Shown here in pieces: positions 52,435-64,000 of a DNA stretch of 64,000 bases. A program made the position numbers and the translations under genes. The notes beneath the pieces were generated by a model. It saw nothing but the letters and a program-made list of their open reading frames with translations, searched no databases and had not been told where the DNA came from. The first letter of the stretch is position 1, and each line of letters starts with the position of its first letter. The stretch comes from Lepidodermella squamata (taxonomy: Eukaryota > Animalia > Gastrotricha), in assembly GCA_047495785.1 (NCBI GenBank), contig JBLDXI010000010.1, forward strand, positions 2,604,001 to 2,668,000. The letters are read 5' to 3'.

Positions 52435-55400
52435 ATGCGCATCCTCACTATTCTGCTGTCGGCGTTGTTAATCTACTGCTGGCGGGCGGTCGACGCGCAG
52501 TCGGCAGTTACTGGCGCCGCGTTGGGCGACGCCGTTCGACGCGGCGATGTCGACGCCGTCGGCGCCATGCTGGCGCAGCGGCCACACCTCGCCTCGTCGT
52601 TCATCGCCGGCTACGACGACGCGGACGGGGCGCAGCGGCAGCGCACCACGCCGCTGCACGTCGCCATCAAAGCCGACGACGTGGCGATGGCGAAGCTGCT
52701 CATCGAGCGAGGTGCCCACGTCGGCGTGGCGGATGGCGCCGGCGCGACGGCGCTGTCGTGGGCGGTGCGGCGCAACGCCTCGCTGCCGATGCTGGCGCTG
52801 CTGCTGAACCACGGCGCCGCCGAGCCGATGTTGCTCGAGCACCGCGACGGCGCCGGCAGGACGGCCCTGCAGACCGCTGTCACGAATGGCAACTCGGGCG
52901 CCGTTCGGCTGCTGCTGGGCGCCGGCGCCATGGCCGACGCCGCCGACGACGCCAACTGCTCGGCGCCGCTCAGCATGGCCGTGCAGCTGCGCGCCTCCGC
53001 CTCGCTGCTGTGCGCATCACTGAGCGGCGATTCGGCGGGGTTTGCGGCATGTCGGCGCCACCAGCAGGCCGTGTACCTCACAATTGGCGCCACTTTGATG
53101 CGACACGGCGCCGACCCGCACCGCGTCGACCCGTGCTCGATGCAGTCGCCGATGCAACTCGCCCTGCGCCTCGATGACACGCCCATGGTTGCACTGCTTG
53201 GCGGGGCGACGAATATCGATGAGCTATCAGCGCCGCCGGTAGTTCATCGTGTCAAGTCAATGTCGAACAACAACAACAACAGCCTACCTCGCGTCAACTT
53301 TCGCCAATTCCCTTCATTCGGTAAGTATTCGGTGATGGAATTTTTTGAAATTTCTATTAGCTGGTGAAGTTTTAGCCTTTTTGATTAGCATTAAATTGAC
53401 TCACACACGACTTGCGAACTTCCTTTTTTTATCAATTGTTTAGTGTAATGATTTTTCGCATATTCAGATTACTCTGAGGGTTAAGCTTTTGTTGAATTCG
53501 AAAAGCGGGCACTGGCCTGCACCTTTGGCCACTAAACTTACCTGGCACTGGGATGAGCCTCGATCACGAAGGGGGCCGCCCCAGGGCGAGGCGGGCCATT
53601 GCACTACGGCCCGCTGACCCCTGCGCTCTGCCTCATCGGTGGAGTCGGGTGCAAAATATTTCACTTGGGTACCGGCGTTCGCGCCACACCCGTAAATCAA
53701 TTGAAAAATACTTTGTAATTAGTTGAAAGAGATTCATCGAAAACTAGTATTATTACCAATTGCTAGTAATTAGTGCGCGCGCAATAGAATGTGCGTTGCT
53801 GTTTTTATGAGAGTGTGTCGCGCGCCGCGTTTTTATTGCTAACATTATTACCAAAGTTGCGTTTGCGCGGCGCGGCCGCATTTGCGGCGTTTATTACACA
53901 CCGCGATCGCGCGATTTCGGAAAAACAATTGTAAAGAGTAAATAGTAAAGAATAAAGATGATAAAGAAAGGAAAGAGTGGCCGAGAAATTCATATTAAAT
54001 CATTTCAGAATTGGTGCCGTTTTCGCGTTGTTCGAGCGGCGTTCGGAACCCAGGCGCGTTTTCGCAATCGGCGTCTTCATCGTCTTCATCGTCGTCGTCG
54101 TCGTCGTCGTCGTCGCATTCGGTGCCGCAACTCGGCTCGGTGCGGATGATAGGCGCGGAGGAGTGCGCGAGCGTGTGCGCCGACATCCCGGCCTGCTACG
54201 GCTTCAACCTGATGGTGTCGGCGACGGCGGGCGGCAACGGCGGCGGCTGCATCATCAAGGCGGCGCCGTGCCACCTCGAGCCAGACTCCATGTACGCCTT
54301 CTACCGCAAACGGCCCATCAATGCCAATGCAACTACTACGACGACGACAAGAAAGGGCAAAGTGACTGGGAAGATATCAACAACGCCACCTGCAGCAGCA
54401 GCAACAACAACAATAGCAACAGCAACTGAGGTTTTCTTTTAGATGAAGTCTGAATGGCGATTTTATGTCATTTCTTTGAACTACGATTTATAGGATTTAG
54501 CTCGAGTGTCCACATTGAGACCGAATACCCAGCAGCTGATACTCGGCCTGTCGAGCATGGTGGATAAGTCAGAACGTGGCGAAAACGGCAGTGCCTCATC
54601 ATCATCATCATCAGATCGAATCGTCGCAACACCGCCAGCATCAACGAACGAACTGCATCACGACTATCTGCGTGAGTGTTGCAATTGCCCTGAAACACAA
54701 CCTAGCCATCATAGATGTTTTTTGTTGAATAAAACTCCCTCAGCCCCTTTAGCCGGTGCTATGGTTCCACGCCTTACCCTAGACACTTCCATCTATCCGA
54801 ACGCGCCTTCCCCTTCGTTTCAGCATCCCTCTTCCTACCCTGCCCTACCGCCGCCTCAAGGTAACTAAATCGAAACCTAATCACATTGAATCCCATTTAA
54901 TCATCGTCACTATCATTAGGTGATGTTTCACCGGTGATTTTAGATGCGACGCGAGAGGAAGCGGGTGGCGGCGGCGGCGACGGGTGTGGCCGCGTGCCCT
55001 GGTACGGCTGGTTGTTGATTGGAGCCGGCGCCAGTCTGGCGGCATCCGCCATCGTGTTCACGTGCTTGTTTCGGCATTACAAGAAATCGCCTGATCGCGA
55101 CCGCACCAATGCCATGTTAGTTTTTGTTTCAATTTTCTCATATTCTTCATCAATGACGCAAATTGGCAATCGCAAGCCGGAACACTTTTCGAAATTTCAA
55201 GGTTTTCGCGATTTTGTTTCGTGGTACCGTCAGCAAGTGGTAAAAACTTTTCGATGCTGGCTACCTCTGACATTGATTTTTAAAATCAATCGAATTAGGC
55301 TTTGTGACTTTATAGGCAGAATAGTAAAAGATTCAGATTAAGAGGGCGAATTTTCCGCACTGTGCGGTTCTTCGTGCTGGAACCCTAAATTACCTACTTG

Positions 55401-56576
55401 TCACACCCAATATCAACATTCAAAATAATATCTGACCTGTTCACTGTTAAATCTCCCTACTTGAATTTTTTCTTTTTTTTGCATGGCAGGCGTGGTCATG
55501 ATAATGGCGGGCTGATGGCCGTTCATTCGATTGGCGAAATGTTTGCGCCAGAATTCAAGCACCAGCCTACGCCTAAGCTGGGCATTGCTAATACCAGTAG
55601 TAGTAGCGTGTACGAACCTCAGCCTGGTGTGGCCCGAAAACCGCCGACTGGTCGGCTGTTGTACGAGCCTATTAAAGCAGTACCAAGTAGCAATATCAGT
55701 AGCAATATGCAAGATCCATCCCATCAATTACCAGCGTCGATTGATTTCTCAGCGACGACGTGCTGGTCATCCGTGCCGAGTGCTAATAACAATGCCGATA
55801 ACGAGGATGGCGGCGGCGATGATGACGATGATGACAACGTGTTTCAACAACAACACCAATCACCTGCTAGCCCTGTGTTATCGATATCGAAACGCAGGGC
55901 GCCACTGCCACCTAATAACACTGCTGGTGGCGTATCGGCGCCGTCGTCTGCCGGCTCGGTTGAGAATAAGAAAAAGACGAAGAAGCGGCGTGTGAGCCGG
56001 AAATCGCGCGAGGAACAAGCAATAGCGCGTGACGCATCTTCGAACTCGCTGCCATCACTTGTTGCCGCGCCTACGACATCCGTGCTGCCTCCAATTCAGC
56101 AACATGCAACTGCTGCTGCTGCTGCTGCTGTGATGACAACGAATCGCCATTCGATAAAATCACTGCATAAAGTGTACGTCGACGGCATGGATGCGTTGGC
56201 GAGCAACAATACGTTGGAATCGGCGGCGGCGGAAGCGAAGCCAGCAGCAGCAGCATCATCACAACAACCAGTAGTAGCACCGGTTTGGTTATTTACAACC
56301 AGCACTGAAAATAACTGCTTCAATAGTGGTGGCGATGGTGGAGGTGGTGGTGAACAAGTTGACGAACAGCAGCAGAGATTACAAGATGTTGGTTATGATG
56401 AGCATGATGATGATAATAATATCAAGCCGGCAGCTGGCATCAACACCGATGAGCAGATGGTGGTGGACGAGCGGATAGAACGGCGGTTGTGCTGGTTGGA
56501 TGACGCTTGGGCGCGACGCAACGGCAAAATGGTGGCACAAAACAGCAACAACAAGAATAGCGGCAGCATATCTTGA
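52435..56576 (+). CDS. Type-I membrane protein: signal peptide + ankyrin repeats + PAN/Apple-like domain + Thr/Ser/Pro stalk + TM + disordered tail, ~961 aa; exons 52435-53320, 54009-54430, 54494-54671, 54744-54860, 54920-55115, 55490-56576
   Basis: MRILTILLSALLIYCWRAVDA signal; TPLHVA, TALSWA and TALQTA ankyrin repeats; EECASVCADIPACYGFN..GCIIK..C..YAFYRK; TM WLLIGAGASLAASAIVFTCLF followed by RHYKK. Five GT-AG introns join in frame (2886 nt). Confidence 0.75.
53534..53692 (+). ncRNA. U1: U1 snRNA (variant) inside intron 1 of the ankyrin-PAN gene
   Basis: 5' AAACTTACCTGG, SL1 loop GATCACGAAG (U1-70K site), SL2 loop ATTGCAC (U1A site), GCAC/GTGC closing helix, SL3, and terminal GGCG-TTCG-CGCC SL4. 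The Sm-site position reads AATATTTCA. Confidence 0.92.
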
Positions 56577-57363
56577 GATTTTTGTTACACCATCTCATCA
56601 TCATTACCGCTTTGTGATACACATTCATCTACTGATATAATTATTTATTGCCTATATACTACAACTACTACTGATATGAGATACTACAAAAAAATAAAAA
56701 TATGAAACAAAAAACATCATCGTGATGTGTGTAAAATGGCGGGGTTTTAACACCTACTGCTGCTGCTGCTTGTGCGGTTAAATGCTCGTTTTATGCGATG
56801 CCGCGTGTTTTTTCCCGCGTCTCTGTACATGCGTGTATTTTATTATTTGAATACACAGCCGCAGCCATCAACGTAGTAGACGTAGACCACGCGTAGTAGT
56901 TGAGACCGGTGTCCAGTGCATGCGCCCCCTCTGTGCCGCCGCCGCCGCCGTTGCCGTTGCCGTTGCCGTGCCTGGCAATAAACAGCCGCGGGCGACAAAA
57001 CGGCCGAGAGCCGAGAGAGCCGAGACAGCAGCAGTGGCGCCGCTTCACAGCCTACTACCTACCTACCCTACCTATGATGTGTGCAAAACCATTACTGCCG
57101 GTCACCATCATCATCATCATCGTTATTATTGCCTATTAAGCTGGTGGCGGTGTCAATGAACAAGGAGGACTTGAGAGATTTCGATCCAACTACTAGCTTA
57201 CACTAGTTACTAGCATACACACACACACACCCGCCGCTGTTCAATCTGATAATATCTCATCGTTTTCATTTCATTTCCTGTTCGTTTTTGCTTTTCATAT
57301 AGGCGGGTCGGGCTGATTAACTGACATTTCGATAATTAACTGATAAGCAGCAGATACTATATA

Positions 57364-58893
57364 ATGAGGAAGTGTAGTCGTGTCGTAGCCGCGGCCGTCG
57401 TCGTAGTCGCAATGTTCGGCGGGCAACACGCGCTCGCGCAGCAGCAGCAAGGCGCGAACCCGCTGTTTTGGGCGCAGAATTCCGGTGGTCTCGGCCAGAA
57501 CTTGTTCCTGAAGCCCGGCAGCGCCAACAACGCAGCCGCGAGCCAGCTGAAACTGCCCAGTGGCATGCAGCCGCTGCAGATGAACCAGCTCGGCCAGTTG
57601 GGCCAGATCGGCTCGTTCGGCTCGTTGAACAGCCTCGGCCAGCTTGGCAACGTCGCCGGCGCCGGCGCCGCCTCCAGCAGCGGCGCCAACAACAACAACG
57701 TGGCTGGCACGAATGCCAACGGCTTCTTCCTGCCCGCCATCACCAACTTGTGGGGCATGGGCAACCAGGCGGCCGTACCAGCCGTCGCCGGCGCCCCCGT
57801 CGTCCCGCCCATGCCCACGTTCGGCGACAACAAGTCACCCATCAGCACGGGCGCGTCGCTCGGCAGCCTGCGCATGCCGGCCCAGACGGCGCCCTACGTC
57901 CTGCCCGGCGCCGCTTCGTTCCCGGGCGCTGGCGCCCAGCAGCAGTGGCAGATGCCGCAGCTGGCGACGAATCCGTTCACGCAGATCGCCCAGTCACAGA
58001 TCCCCGGCATGGCTGCGGCGGCTGCTCCGGCCGTAGCTGCTGCTGCTCCGACGGCGCCCGTTCTCGCCTCGTCACCCATCGTTGGCGGCGCCGCTGGTGA
58101 GCAGCCGGTGGTGATGTTGTCCGCGCCCGCTTCCGCCGCCGCCCTGCCCATCTCGACCGGCACCGCCTTCCTGCCCGCCGGTGTTCAGAACGCCGCCGTT
58201 GCAGCCGACAGCGCCAAGCCGGCCGCTCTCGCCGCCGCCGCCGCCGCACCCGCCCCGGCCCCGGCGCCAGCACCCACTGCAGCACCCGCTCCCGCACCCA
58301 CGCAAGCCCCAGCAACTGAGGCGCCCGTTGTCGCCGCCGCCGCCGCCGCCGCCCCCGTCGCCCAGCCGAACCAGTTCAACATGAACTGGCTGCAGTCGGT
58401 GGTGCCGAACGTGCCCGGCCTGCGCCTCGGCCAGCCGCTCGCCTTCCAGCCGCCAGCCGTGCAGCCGCTGTTGCGCATGCCGACGCAGCCGCAGCAGACG
58501 GCGCCCGTGAACGGCGGCCAGCCGCTCGGCTCGCAGCCCCTCGCCGGTGTGCCGAATCCGGGCGCGTCCGTCGCCCAGGCTGCGGCCATGCAACCGCCGG
58601 CGCTCGGCATCCCGCAACTGCCGTCAATCCCATCTCTGGCGATGAACAACCAGAACTCGCAACAACAACAACAGCAGCAACAACAGCAACAGCCAGCTCA
58701 GCAACAGCAACAACAACAATCGCAACCTCAACAGCAGCAACAGCAGAATCAATTTTTCAATATGCGTAAGTCTCGATATAACGATTAGCATTTGCATTTT
58801 AAGAATTGTTCAACTTTGTTTTTCTCGATTTCAGAGAACAACTGGCTGCCACGATTCAGCAGCAGCAACCTATTCAACTCACCCGGATTTTAA
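57364..58893 (+). CDS. Secreted low-complexity Ala/Pro/Gln/Gly/Asn-rich protein A, ~486 aa, exons 57364-58765 and 58835-58893
   Basis: Signal peptide (VVAAAVVVVAMFGGQHALA/QQ), strong coding-type GC3 bias, no Cys in the mature part, phase-1 intron to a short terminal exon. Confidence 0.8.
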
Positions 58894-59489
58894 ATATATT
58901 AAAATAATTAAGATTATAATGTTGCAAATGTGAATGTGAATTAATGGAAGAGTATTTTAGTTATATTGCTGATATTATGATGTTTCTGTTTTTCTGTTTT
59001 TCTGTTTTGTCGAACTCGATCACACGGGTTGTGTGTATACTCTTCTTCTTTTTGCGTGTTTTTTTGCGTTAAACGTTTCACCGCCTTCATCTCTTTCTAT
59101 CTCTCTCTGTCTATCTCTGTTTTGGCCTCATCATCATCATCATTTAATACTAGTACTACCAGCACCAGCACATTATACTTTTAATGAAGACTGTTGCGCA
59201 ATGACGAAGACGAAGAAGAAGACGAAGAAGTAGGAGAAGAAGGCAGAAGAAGCGCCGTTGTATGTTTGCGAAAAAAAAGAGATAACATGATGTGTTTTTT
59301 TCTCGAAGAATAAAAAGTGAGCAGACCACTACAACTACTTACTATACAGAGAGTTTTTTTTCTATCCACTCCACTGACCAGTCGCCCAGCCACGAGGGCC
59401 GAGCGAGTGAGCGAGAGCGTGTGCGCGACAGACTCACGACGACGACACGACACACGAGTCGCCGCTCAGCTCTCATAATTTGACACATC

Positions 59490-59517
59490 GCTGCTGCTGC
59501 TGCTGCTGCTGCTGCTG
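59490..59517. repeat. (GCT)n microsatellite, representative of many in the 24-63 kb region
   Basis: About 9 perfect GCT units. Similar (CAA)n, (AG)n, (CT)n, (TAT)n and (CGT)n tracts are scattered through introns and intergenic DNA. Confidence 0.9.
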
Positions 59518-60798
59518 GGCTGAATGCGGTCGCTTGACCACTGCCTCTACTGAAGGTATACATTATTGGCTGGCATGACTAACTCCATCATCGCACGGTG
59601 CGCTGATGTGTTTAATTGCCGGGCTCGTTTTTTTCGGCTATTCCGCCGCCGCCGACCCGCGTCGTTTTAAAGGCACACACTGCCACAGTTGCAGTCGGTG
59701 GCGACTGGCTGGCTTTTGACTTGACGATGCATGGATGGATGGATGACCAGTCGAAATTATCGCCGCACGTGCTCGTTGTCGCATTCACGTAAGTATATCA
59801 CTTTGACATAATCGACGGCGGGTGCGCATCTTTTTTGCCGCCGCCGCCGACGGCATCATGTTTACTACATACACAGCCAACCTCGAGTCGCAGAATTTGC
59901 GGTCTATTTAACACTGGACACTGCACCCGCTTTCTTTTTCATTCGCATTTAGCGATGGTATTAATTTTTGCGAACGGCCATACCTGCACATAACCCAAAC
60001 CCAAGAGCCTGCTAATTATTTCGCTTTTGTGCCAAAACGCGCGCAGCAGTTTTACATGGTGGCCTAATTTCGCGGGTGCACTTTTTGGTGATTTTTAGGT
60101 CAAAGCAATTACACTGCCATTTTGTATGACAACTAGGAAGGAGATGACCCTTTTAACGCTGCGATCAATTGTCTAAATGGCAGCAGGCAGGCAACAGCTA
60201 GCGGTTATATGACACTTGTGACACGGCAGCGACGGCACCTTCTTTTTTTTGTTATTGTTGTTGTTATGTTGTTTTTTGTTGCCGCTGCTGCTTCTACTGC
60301 TGCTGTCGTCGGCGCCGCGCTCGCGCGAGTAGTCTCGCAACAATAAACAATATAGAAAAGCGCCGCCGCTGAGTTGCAGCCGCCGCACGTGTCGCACATC
60401 GCTCGCATCGATCGAAGCAAAAACTCGACCTGAGACAATTATGATGCGATGATTATGATGATGTGCGAAACATTCGGCGTGGCCTCTCACGCCTCTGCCT
60501 CGTGGTCTTCGTCGTCGTCGTCTAGGCTAGGCAAGGTTTTTTTTTCTATTACGCGAGTTCGGTGCGTGCGCGCCACAGGTCACCTAATGGGCGGCTCAGA
60601 CAGAGAGATAGAGAGAGAGAGAGCGATGATGATGATGCTCACTTTCATGGTAATACCTTTTTATCCATTTACAAGGTTTTACAGTAAGACGAGCTGCTGG
60701 CTGCTTAAGAACATCATTATAAACTCCTGCTGGTTACTTATTTTTTTGGTATATAGGTAGACATTATTATTTTTATTACCTACCATCAAAAGGCAAAG

Positions 60799-62450
60799 AT
60801 GACGAAGAGCAGGGCAGTTGCGCTGCTGGCGACGGCCGCCGTGTTGTTGGCGAACGTGCACGTGATCAGCGGCCAGGGCTTTTTCGGCGGCAACTTTTTC
60901 GGCCAGCCATTCGGCGGTAATGGCGGCGGCAACAGCAACAGCTTCTGGCCCAGTTTCGGCTCCTCGTTCATGCAACCGGCCAGTGCCGTGAGTCTGCAAC
61001 TTTGAATTATCGACATGTTATTATAATAACTGTAATACAAAATGTATGTAGGCGCCGGTGTCGAACAACAACTTTCTGTCGCCGTTCATCGCCGCTCAGC
61101 AGCAACAACAACAGTCGCCGTGGGAGCGTTCGTTCGTCGCGTTCCAAAGCGATGCCCAGAAACCAGTCTCGGTTAGTGTTATTATATCAACTTGAGTAGC
61201 AAGTCACTTTTACTATCCATTAATTATAGTACATGGCTATTAACGGCGTAGTTGTCACTCCGGCTCCGGCTGTTGCCGCCGCGCCCCAACAACCAGCAAC
61301 AGTTGTAAGTTGTTTCACATGTTTTGCATTTGCGACAGTTAGACCGCACCGTATCATAAAACCATTCTTTATACTCTATTTCGCCCCATTATTTTTATTT
61401 TTTGTCTATTTTTTCAGCTTTTATTGGCTCCAATTTCCATCACATAGTTTACACACCAATAGGTATATGATATGCATTTTTTTCGACCGTTAGACCTGCT
61501 ATAAGCACAATTGAAATTCTCTATCAACGTGGCTTTAAGCGAACTATCTTTTCACTTTTACACTTTTATACTACTGCGTTGGATGAATTTGAAACAAGAG
61601 ACAGCAGCGATTGTTTCCAACTTTCATGTTCAACTCAATAGGTTCTCTATTCGATGAAATCGCAAAATTTCGGGACAATTCTTCCATTTTGACAATTTTC
61701 TTCAAATAATGACCAAATTTAAAAAAAAAATTATGTGAACATTTATTTTAATAAGCGGCACACTTTTTTCTCAGAAATTCTTAAATCTTAATTTCCGAAA
61801 AATTATTCCTTGCTTTATAATTACGACCCATTTGACAAGCAATAATGGAATTATTCTGAACACGCTCGATGAATTGTACTTATACATAGGTGCTGCCTTT
61901 TATCATGGCGACGCCTGCGCCACCACCACCGCCGCCACAGGCTCCGGCGGCTCCGGCCCCAGTGCGCGTGCAGGAGGCGCCCATCTCGGTGCCGCCGGTC
62001 CCAGTCGCCGGACAGCCGTTGACGGTCGCCGAGTCGCCGCGCCAGCCGCCGCAAGCACCGCAGTACTCGCCTGTCGTGGCGCCACTCGCGCAACGCGCCA
62101 CGTTCTGGGCCCCGGCCCCGGCGCCGGCCGTCTCCTGGTTCCAGCCGCAGCAGCCTGTCCTCATGCAGCAACAACCCGTGCAGCAGCAGCAACAACAACA
62201 GCCGTTCAACTTTGGTGGGCTGCCTCAGATGCAGGGCTTCCCCGGCTTCCAGATGAACAGTCTCCCGGGCCTTCAATCAGGTGAGTATTCGCGCCGTGCG
62301 CTGAAGCCGTTTTTGGCTGTTTGATGTCTAGTTTCGCCAGGCTTTCTAGGTCGGCTGTTCGGTGGCAACAACAACAATAACGCAGTCCGCAGCCCGTCGA
62401 TGAATAACTGGTTCCAACAGCCGGCCGTCCGACCACTCGCTTTCCAGTGA
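60799..62450 (+). CDS. Secreted low-complexity Pro/Gln/Ala/Gly/Phe-rich protein B, ~294 aa, exons 60799-60987, 61052-61171, 61230-61304, 61890-62280, 62341-62450
   Basis: Signal peptide MTKSRAVALLATAAVLLANVHVISG/Q; four GT-AG introns join in frame (885 nt); ends MNNWFQQPAVRPLAFQ*. Confidence 0.78.
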
Positions 62451-64000
62451 AATAACGATGATGACACGTGTTGTCCCTGCTGCTGGTGAAATGCCGTGTG
62501 CCGTGCGCTCCCTCTGTCTCTCTCTCTCGTCTTTGCATATATTAATAAACACTTAAATCGTATTAATATTTTCATATTATAATATTATAATACGTGAAAT
62601 TTGCGTTGTGTTGAAACATACCAAAGCGTACGATGATGCGATACAATTATTATTATGATTATTGTTGTTGTTGTTGTTATTTTCTACTGCGCAAAAACGT
62701 CACTATTATTGCTCTAAAATACCTTTTACGTATCAGTATAATGTTGATACTGCTATTTTAAACGCCGTTTATTTTTAATAATCTTATCATCAAGTAGCTT
62801 TATACGTTGATGAACAAAGTGAATAAATGTTGTGTTTTGCTGCAAGACAATACTATGACAGCTCCATTTTTGCATTACCATCAAAACCAATACCTATAAG
62901 TCGAATGGTAACGTGTCTGAAAAGGTGTAGTAGCTGAAAGTGTGATAGAAAATTCAAAATAATATGCCAATCAAAGTTTTGTTTGACCTTATACCTAAAA
63001 AGCACAAATGTGCGCAAAGTGCCGCAACTTCGTAGCTTCACTACTATACTTAGTACATAGTATACACGTCGTATCGTATAAGGCAATCCCCCCAATTGCC
63101 GATAGAGATATCTCAACGAGCAATCCGAAAGCTGCTTTTTGCCTGTTGTTTTCATCAGCCTTCAGGTTATTGAATTTAATAATCTATCACATATTAAAGA
63201 GCCCGAATAGCCCTATCGATTGGTCTGCTGATTGATTAATAACGAGTTTAAATGGACCGAAAAGGCCAGAAGACTGTTACAGTGAAAAGTCAGTCGTATT
63301 GCGCACCGCAAGTGGGAACTGTCGAACAATAACTCATAACGAATGCATGAAGTAGCTTGGAGTTTTCAGTTGGCTGCTCTGAACCTATATGGATCGACCT
63401 TTGGAAAATTGATTAATTAACTGGAGAGAAAAACTTCAACTACTGATGCTAGATATCGAACTTGAACAATGTTCGTACCTGCACCTGATAGGCATTTTAT
63501 TGCGCACAGCAATTAAAATAGGTACTATTGAAGCTCTGCTGGACCTTTCAGGTTTCGGTGCAAATTGTAGAGCTTGAAACGCGGAACGCTGAATAATGAC
63601 CGTTTTGAATTTATTGTTTCGCCCTCTCCATCGCAAAACACAACGAGATTTGTCTTCAGCTAAAATGCGTTTAATGGGTAGTTCAGCCATTTATTATTGT
63701 TCATAGAGGAACACGGAATTGATTCAGCAGCGGAATAATAGCCGTCGAGGGTCATTCCACAAGTTTTTTTCGCGTGCGGTGAAACCGGCACACGCAACTG
63801 CGCGACTCTTGTTCAAAGAAGTGCGCTATCAATAATAATAATAATAATAATCGAAATCACAGGCGCTTTTACGATTATTTATAGACAAGTGCACATGTCC
63901 CTGCGATGAATTATACTAGCATATGGCTGAAACTAGCTCAGTATAAGGAGGTGCGATTCGTTTAAGCGATTCCGATGACGGCGGCGACGGCGGCGGCGGT

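Noticed and set aside
63880-64000. Start of another gene at the right edge
   Set aside because: An acceptor-like TTTTATAG and a GC-rich end are present, but the frames I tried stop early; not supportable within the window.

Overview
Eukaryotic genomic DNA from an invertebrate animal: GT-AG spliceosomal introns, GC-rich exons, microsatellite-rich intergenic DNA, and 7B2 and roh-like genes. The phylum cannot be determined from this window. The first 3.55 kb hold a dense mixed-strand cluster of 22 tRNA genes covering 16 amino acids; it continues off the left edge and ends in a tRNA-Pro(CGG) with a 12-nt variable-loop insertion. Protein genes were reconstructed by hand with phase-consistent splice sites: EHD1/Past1, a roh-like small membrane protein, STEEP1, WDR20, cytosolic HSP90, an LRR type-I membrane protein, 7B2/SCG5, an SLC16/MCT transporter, a CCDC9-like protein, an orphan OB-fold-like ORF flanked by structured repeats, a type-I receptor with ankyrin repeats plus a PAN/Apple domain on the extracellular side, and two tandem secreted low-complexity proteins. 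Non-coding RNAs missed by the ORF track: five consecutive HSP90 introns each carry a snoRNA candidate (a U17/snR30 homolog, two H/ACA-type and two C/D-type RNAs), and a structurally intact U1 snRNA with a non-canonical Sm site lies sense-strand in intron 1 of the ankyrin-PAN receptor gene. All family assignments come from motif recognition by eye; no database search was run.
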